DNA of 64,000 nt from Bryobacterales bacterium (GTDB lineage Bacteria; Acidobacteriota; Terriglobia; Bryobacterales; UBA6623). Position 1 is the stretch's first letter; each line of letters opens with the position of its first letter. The notes under the pieces were generated by a model, which worked only from the letters and a program-made list of their open reading frames with translations, had not been told where the DNA came from and ran no database searches. Shown here piece after piece: positions 58,484 through 64,000 of the stretch. Position numbers and translations under genes: made by a program. Where the stretch lies: positions 34,761-98,760 of the forward strand of contig CBDDCH010000001.1 in NCBI GenBank assembly GCA_965226215.1. The letters run 5' to 3'.

Positions 58484-59319
58484 CTTTCAGCAGTCCTATC
58501 CTCGCCCTGGTCGGCGACACGTTCCGGGAGTCCTTATCACGGAAGATTTTCTGGGGATTCCTGGGCTGTTCGACGGTCTTGATCCTTCTCTTCTTGCTGG
58601 TGCTCAACATCGATCTTGTAGAAGGAGGGGTCGCTGCCGTCGAAGTTTTCGGCATGGAGGTCAATCAGGGCCGCACGGTTCCGGTAGACGAGCTGGTTGG
58701 GGTCGTCCTAGGAGCTGTGGCGTCGTTCTTGTTCACCGCCGGGTTGTTTCTGGCTATCTTCGCAGCCGCCGGGCTGATTCCTACGGTCTTCGAGCCGGGA
58801 CGAATCGAGCTACTCCTGTCGAAGCCGGTCTCCCGTCCGACGCTGCTGCTCGGCAAGTTCTTGGGAACGCTGGCGGTGATTGGGGTGAACCTGCTCTATC
58901 TCGTTCTCGGCGTCTGGATCATCCTCGGTTTCAAGACCGAGATTTGGAAGGCCGACTTTCTGCTGGCGGCCGTGCTTGCGATGTTCGCCTTTGCGGTGCT
59001 GCTACCGGTGATCGTCTTCGTGGCCGTCGTCTCGGACAGCGCGGTGCTGGCGACGATGGTGACGTATTTCGTGGCGCTGATGAGCCTGATCTTTTCGCAA
59101 CACGAGCGCATCGCTCCTTATTTCGACTCCCAGTGGCCGCGGGATTTGACGAGCGGGCTTTACCACGTTTTCCCCAAGCTCTTCGAGATCGGGAACACGG
59201 CGAGGCTGGTGCTTATGGAGCGGGAACTGGAGTCGTGGATGCCGATTTGGAGCTCGGGGATCTTCGCCTTGGTGGTGTTGGGGGCGGGTGTTTGGGTTTT
59301 CCAGAGGAAGGACTATTGA
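58480..59319 (+). CDS. ABC-2 type permease
   Basis: Six TM segments; G.IELLLSKPVSR..LLLGKFLG; C-terminal FQRKDY. Confidence 0.9.
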   Translation: MTFSSPILALVGDTFRESLSRKIFWGFLGCSTVLILLFLLVLNIDLVEGGVAAVEVFGMEVNQGRTVPVDELVGVVLGAVASFLFTAGLFLAIFAAAGLIPTVFEPGRIELLLSKPVSRPTLLLGKFLGTLAVIGVNLLYLVLGVWIILGFKTEIWKADFLLAAVLAMFAFAVLLPVIVFVAVVSDSAVLATMVTYFVALMSLIFSQHERIAPYFDSQWPRDLTSGLYHVFPKLFEIGNTARLVLMERELESWMPIWSSGIFALVVLGAGVWVFQRKDY

Positions 59320-59321
59320 TC

Positions 59322-60434
59322 ATGTTAGCGAAGGGTTTTTCACGAGATTGGTTGGGCAAGGAACGACTCACTAGTCGGTCTACGGCGTGTTTGCTCGCTG
59401 TGGTTTTTGTCCCGGTCCTCGCTTTCTACTCCTGTCAGACGGAGGACGAGAGCCAAGCTGCAGGGCTGGACCGCGAACTCGCTGCTTTGCTGCCGTCTAA
59501 TGCCACGTCGCTGATGGGCGCCGATATCCTGCGGCTGAAAACCACCCCTGTCTACCGCTTGTTGGAAGCAGAGAGTCGAAAGAACGAGCAACTTCATCAG
59601 GATTTCGACAGGATGGCGGCCCAGATCGGCTTCGACCCGTGGCAGGACCTTGAGCGGGTGCTAGCGGCCTCATGGGTCGATGCATCAGATGACAACTCTA
59701 GTGCTCCCGCGGCGCGGTTTCTGGTTGTAGCTCGTGGCCGGTTCGACCTCACGGAGATAGGCCCGCAGCTAGACGACGTCAAAGTCGAACAATACCGCGG
59801 CGTCACCGTGTACCATCAGCCTGTGCCCCAAACGAGTGGCTCAATACCCCAAGCGCCGGGCTCAGAGTTTCTTAAGCAACTGGAAGACGGCTTTTCCCTA
59901 GCGTTCTTCGACGAGAGGATCGCTGTCGCTGGGGTGAAACCCGCCGTGATGGAAACGATCGACCGCAAAATGGACGGTGGCGCGAGCCTCCTTGACAACA
60001 CGCAGTTGCTCGAAAGGGCAGAAGCGCTCAACTTGTCAAACCAGCTGTGGTCCGTTTCCTTGAATGCCGGAGAGCTTTGGGAGAGCCAGGCCGGCAGCTT
60101 TCCCAGCGGGATAAACATTCCCGCCTTCCGGATCTTCCGCTCGATGGAGAGCTCGAGTCTGGCGGCGGATCTGACGGACGGAATCGACGTTAAGGCCGAG
60201 GGCGTTTGCGCTACCCCCGAGGACGCCAAGACTTTGGCCGATGCCGGCCGGGGGATGGTGGCGCTGGGGCGGCTGACTTTGAGCGAGCAGTACCCCGACG
60301 TCATGAAACTGTTCGACGCCCTCGACGTAGTCGACGATGAGAAGGTCATCCGCGCGTCCGTGAAAATGACGGGATCGGACCTCGAAAGACTACTGGCGGC
60401 TATTAAGGGAGAGCGGGATTCGAAGTCGGACTAG
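59322..60434 (+). CDS. Exported/lipoprotein of unknown function
   Basis: C-terminal part of ORF 58407..60434 from the ATG at 59322; hydrophobic stretch ending FYSC. Confidence 0.7.
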   Translation: MLAKGFSRDWLGKERLTSRSTACLLAVVFVPVLAFYSCQTEDESQAAGLDRELAALLPSNATSLMGADILRLKTTPVYRLLEAESRKNEQLHQDFDRMAAQIGFDPWQDLERVLAASWVDASDDNSSAPAARFLVVARGRFDLTEIGPQLDDVKVEQYRGVTVYHQPVPQTSGSIPQAPGSEFLKQLEDGFSLAFFDERIAVAGVKPAVMETIDRKMDGGASLLDNTQLLERAEALNLSNQLWSVSLNAGELWESQAGSFPSGINIPAFRIFRSMESSSLAADLTDGIDVKAEGVCATPEDAKTLADAGRGMVALGRLTLSEQYPDVMKLFDALDVVDDEKVIRASVKMTGSDLERLLAAIKGERDSKSD

Positions 60435-60609
60435 TGCTTGGTTGCAAAAGTTCGCGTTATTTGAAAAGCCCTTTCCCGAAGGACCATACGATCGTCCGTC
60501 TGGCCCGGAAGTGGTTTGTTCGCAGAGTCTTCCGAGCCGCTACCGTGAGGGAGCGGTCCAGGGATTGTCCGCCTATAACCTATCCTGAATTTATGCAACC
60601 AAGCACTAG
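60431..60609. mobile_element. MITE-like element bounded by CTAG
   Basis: CTAGTGCTTGGTTGCAAAAGTTC and GAATTTATGCAACCAAGCACTAG form a 23-bp inverted repeat with 2 mismatches. Confidence 0.75.
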
Positions 60610-60642
60610 CGGCCCTTCGTAAAAGTAGGGTCGGGCAAAAAA

Positions 60643-60718
60643 CGGGGACACGGTGGTCCGCCCCTACGATATGTCTCCCTCGTATTGCAGCCGTAGGGGC
60701 TGGCCACTGTGCCAGCCC
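60643..60718. repeat. Pair of GTAG-type REP elements in opposite orientation
   Basis: ...GTCCGCCCCTAC and GTAGGGGCTGGCCACTGTGCCAGCCC. Confidence 0.6.
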
Positions 60719-60757
60719 ACCAGCAGGGTGTCGCGGTAAACCAGCGCAAGGGCAGGA

Positions 60758-61732
60758 TCAATATCGATAAAGCCAACGCGCCTTTTCGACGACCTTCTCC
60801 GCGTTCGGCAGGAAGGCTTTTTCCAAGGGCGGGCTATAGGGCACCGGTGTATCGGGAGGGGCGATGCGGACGAGAGGCCCGTCGAGATGTTCGAAAGCGT
60901 GCTCGCTGATAATGCCGGCCAGCTCGCCGCCCAATCCGCCGGTTAGAGTGTCCTCGTGCAACAGAATTACCTTGCCGGTTTTCTTCGCCGTCGCCAGCAC
61001 AGCTTCGCGATCGAGCGGCATCAGCGTTCTAAGGTCCACGACTTCGGTGTCGATGTCTTCTTGGGCGAGTACTTCGGCCGCCTCGAGCGCTACGTGAACC
61101 ATCGCGCCGTAGGTGATCACGCTCAGGTCTTGGCCCGATCGACGGACGGCCGCTTTGCTGAGCGGAACGGTATAGTCGTCGCCCGGGACATCTCCTTTGA
61201 TGCTGCGATACAAGTGCTTGTGCTCCAGAAAGATGACCGGGTCGTTGTCGCGGATCGCCGCCTTCAGCAATCCTTTGGCGTCGTAGGCTGTCGAGGGTTC
61301 GACCACTTTTAGCCCCGGCGTGTGTACGTAGGGCATCTCCGGGTTTTGCGAGTGAAAAGGGCCGCCGCTAAAGCCGCCTCCCGTGGGGGCGCGAACGACC
61401 AGAGGCACGGTCCCTCCCCAGCGGAAGCGGCACTTGGCGGCAAAGTTCGTGATTTGGTCGAACGCGCAGGCCATGAAATCCGAGAACTGCATTTCGACGA
61501 CCGGTCGCAGGCCGTTGATGGCTGCCCCTGTGCCGGCCCCCACGATGGCCGCCTCCGATAGCGGTGTGTCGATGACTCGCCGCTCGCCGAAGCGCTCCAG
61601 AAAACCCTTCGTTACCTTGAAGGCTCCGCCGTAGACAGCGATGTCCTCGCCCATCACGAAGACCGACTCGTCGCGCTCCATTTCTTCCCAAAGGCCCTGG
61701 CGAATCGCTTCGACGTAGGTCATCTCGGCCAT
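60758..61732 (-). CDS. 2-oxoacid dehydrogenase E1 beta subunit
   Basis: VMGEDI..YGGAFKVT, DTPLSE, VEMQFSDF, GPFHSQ, DLRTL.PLD. Substrate (pyruvate or branched-chain) not resolved. Confidence 0.95.
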   Translation of the reverse strand: MAEMTYVEAIRQGLWEEMERDESVFVMGEDIAVYGGAFKVTKGFLERFGERRVIDTPLSEAAIVGAGTGAAINGLRPVVEMQFSDFMACAFDQITNFAAKCRFRWGGTVPLVVRAPTGGGFSGGPFHSQNPEMPYVHTPGLKVVEPSTAYDAKGLLKAAIRDNDPVIFLEHKHLYRSIKGDVPGDDYTVPLSKAAVRRSGQDLSVITYGAMVHVALEAAEVLAQEDIDTEVVDLRTLMPLDREAVLATAKKTGKVILLHEDTLTGGLGGELAGIISEHAFEHLDGPLVRIAPPDTPVPYSPPLEKAFLPNAEKVVEKARWLYRY

Positions 61733-61779
61733 GGTTTTCCTTTGCGCTTTGCTAGCAGCTCAGACAGCAAGCCGCGTTG

Positions 61780-62778
61780 CTAGATTTTCTCGTAAACGTT
61801 CTGTTCCAGAGTGGCGGGATCGGGGTAGGGCTGCTTGAGCCCCCACTCGACAGCGTCGTCAATCTCGGCCAAAACTCGTGTTCTGACTTCTTTAAAATCC
61901 TGCTCGGTCGACCACCCTCTTTCCACCATATATTTTTGGAGTTTGAGGATGGGGTCCCGCCGGGACCATTCTTCACGCAGTTCTTGGGGGACGTAATCGG
62001 CGGAGTCGTGGGCCGAGTGCCCGCTGACTCGGAAAGTCTTGCACTCGATCATGTACGGACCGTGACCCTCTCTCGCGTACGCCGCTCCCCGCTTGGTGGC
62101 TTCGTAAACGGCGATCACATCGTTTCCGTCCACGATCTCGGCCGGAATGTTGTAACCAGCGGCGCGGTCGGCTACGTTTTCGATGGCCATCTGTAGCTCG
62201 AGCGGGGTCGAGTAAGCATAGAGGTTGTTGTTGCACAAGTAGACGATCGGGAGTTTTTGCACGGCTGCGAAGTTGACTCCCTCGTGCCAATCTCCTCGAC
62301 TCGTGGCACCTTCGCCCCAGTAGTTGAAGACGACATGCGGCTCACCACGGTACTTGATCGATAGGGCGATGCCGCCGGCAACCGGCACGTTAGACGCAAT
62401 ACTGCTGATGATGGTAAGGATCTTGCGCTTGTGAGAGCCGATGTGCATATTGCCGTCGCGTCCGTTGGTGGGGCTGCCCAGCCGGCCGAGATATTGGGCC
62501 AGCATTTCCCGCGGCGTGATGCCGCGGATCAGGTAAGCGGCCAGGTCGCGGTGAGACGGGCAGAAATAGTCGTCCGGCTCGGCAACCATGGCGCTTCCGG
62601 CCGGGATGGCTTCTTGTCCGCGACCGGTATAACAGCCGCCTGCAATCTTCCCTTGACGGTACAGCTTGAGCTCGACGCGGTCCTCGAGTTCCCGCATCAG
62701 CACCATGTAGTAGAGGAATCTGCTGCAGAGGTCAGGCGTGACGTCCGCAGGCACGGAGACAGTCGCTGTAGCGCTCAT
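61780..62778 (-). CDS. 2-oxoacid dehydrogenase E1 alpha subunit
   Basis: GQEA, SHRD, TPP motif GEGA...NN, VDGND, GHSAHD, RDPI. Confidence 0.95.
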   Translation of the reverse strand: MSATATVSVPADVTPDLCSRFLYYMVLMRELEDRVELKLYRQGKIAGGCYTGRGQEAIPAGSAMVAEPDDYFCPSHRDLAAYLIRGITPREMLAQYLGRLGSPTNGRDGNMHIGSHKRKILTIISSIASNVPVAGGIALSIKYRGEPHVVFNYWGEGATSRGDWHEGVNFAAVQKLPIVYLCNNNLYAYSTPLELQMAIENVADRAAGYNIPAEIVDGNDVIAVYEATKRGAAYAREGHGPYMIECKTFRVSGHSAHDSADYVPQELREEWSRRDPILKLQKYMVERGWSTEQDFKEVRTRVLAEIDDAVEWGLKQPYPDPATLEQNVYEKI

Positions 62779-62972
62779 ACCACCTATGGAAGATACCGGA
62801 ACTGAAACACATTTTCAACCACCACCGCGAGGTTGTGTAAGGGTCATACAACTTGGTACTAGTACCACAGCTCGCAGTCTGGCCGTGGCCTCTGCCTCTG
62901 AGTCACGACAGCAGCCAACGTAGAGTGAGTGCTAATCTGATTTCAGTCCTTGTAAATACGGGAATAATCGGG

Positions 62973-63140
62973 ATGCGCGAAGAAACCGTTGCCGGGGATC
63001 CACAGCCAAAGCCTGCCGCTAAGAAGCACGAGGATCCTAGCCTCTATTGCCCCTGCTGTTCGAGCCGCTTGCGCGAGCTCAAGTGTAAGTTGATTTGCGA
63101 TCGCTGCGGCTATTACATGAGCTGTTCCGACCACTACTGA
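62973..63140 (+). CDS. Small zinc-ribbon protein
   Basis: CPCC...CKLICDRCGYYMSCSDHY. Confidence 0.65.
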   Translation: MREETVAGDPQPKPAAKKHEDPSLYCPCCSSRLRELKCKLICDRCGYYMSCSDHY

Positions 63141-63187
63141 CGACGATCGCGCTAACGTGGACCACTCTGACGCGCCCCGAGGGACGT

Positions 63188-63787
63188 TCAGTTTGACCCG
63201 CCTCTAACCATCTGCTCTAAGGCTACCCGTGGACAGACCGTGGTTCTGATGTAGTCGGTGAGGCCGGTGGCAACTCCCCGCAACCTTTTCTCGATCGCGG
63301 GATCCAAGCAGTTGCCCTCCTGGTCGAAGACTTTGTGGACCGACGCCACCGAAACCGGTCCGGGCAGCACGATTGCGCCTACGTGGGAACAGACGCTGCG
63401 GAGGTGTTCGAGGGCCTTGATGGCTCCTATACCGCCCGCTGCAACGCCGAGCAGGGCCACGGGTTTGCCCTTCAGCACGGAGGGAAACCCGAGGTGTTCG
63501 ATGACGAGTTTGATCACGCTGCTGTAGCTGGCGTGGTATTCCGGCGTGCCGAAGATCACACCGGCGGCCGTCGAGACGGACTGCTGCAGCGAATCCGAAA
63601 CGGAGGAGTCTTTGGCCGCACCGGGCAGCGCCAGTTCAACTTGGGCGGGATCGATCAGCTCGACCGCGACGTCCGCCTGCTTGGCAAGCTCGTCGACAAC
63701 TAAGGCCATGGCTTTGCCAGTAGAGTTGCCCGGGCGGACACTGCCTGCGACCGCTACGATCCGGATATGGCGATTCTCTTCACTCAT
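63188..63787 (-). CDS. NADPH-dependent FMN reductase
   Basis: GSVRPG, GTPEYHASYSSVIK, LKGKPVAL. Confidence 0.92.
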   Translation of the reverse strand: MSEENRHIRIVAVAGSVRPGNSTGKAMALVVDELAKQADVAVELIDPAQVELALPGAAKDSSVSDSLQQSVSTAAGVIFGTPEYHASYSSVIKLVIEHLGFPSVLKGKPVALLGVAAGGIGAIKALEHLRSVCSHVGAIVLPGPVSVASVHKVFDQEGNCLDPAIEKRLRGVATGLTDYIRTTVCPRVALEQMVRGGSN

Positions 63788-64000
63788 TGGTTCTCCCTCT
63801 GGGATGCGAAACGACAGCAAACTTCTGATAGTAGCAGTTGGTCTGTTGGCGAGTATTCGAAATGTTGGACCCCTAGTTCTAGCAGACTGCTGGAGAACTC
63901 AGTGGGATAAGCAATCTTGCTTGTCTAGCAGCCCGTGGTACCGAACAATGCGCTCGTCCGTGAGCTGAGTACTACCATTCACAAATACGGTGACGTATTG

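Noticed and set aside
58407-59321. 675-aa ORF N-terminal extension (likewise the 40574 extension of hydantoinase A)
   Set aside because: Shadow frames overlapping real genes in GC-rich DNA; better starts are at 59322 and 40769.
62908-62935. CIRCE operator
   Set aside because: The right half GAGTGCTAA is perfect, but the left half and spacing do not fit TTAGCACTC-N9, and no chaperone gene is adjacent.

Overview
GC-rich bacterial chromosome segment, most likely Acidobacteriota (Bryobacterales-like). This is inferred from the CRTAC1/ASPIC-UnbV + TPR genes, TIGR03437-type domains and Ser/Thr-kinase remnants. 1-23.6 kb is mostly core genome: TPR/CRTAC1 genes, gltA, an IS481-like element, an orphan groES, an FAD/Fe-S oxidoreductase and five tandem DMT transporters. 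23.7-36.8 kb is a decaying satellite/prophage-like element abutting the 5' end of tRNA-Arg(TCT). It carries an integrase, two excisionase-like HTH genes, ParB-MT-A70, a primase/SF3 helicase, a putative ori and terminase genes, but no capsid or portal. It is disrupted by IS1595, ISL3, a MITE, stops and frameshifts. 36.8-55.2 kb is the most unusual part. Three cargo modules (hydantoinase operon; TIG + YVTN genes; RHS operon) are delimited by homologous 5' and 3' stubs of a kinase gene that share a TGGTGGTAA motif. An intact, divergent tyrosine recombinase sits at the head of the array, giving an integron-like layout without attC sites. The RHS protein has a non-toxin-looking, mosaic C-terminal tip. 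55-57 kb holds gene remnants; 57.5-64 kb returns to core genes (ABC transporter, 2-oxoacid dehydrogenase E1, FMN reductase). All calls come from reading the sequence and ORFs by eye; no searches were run.
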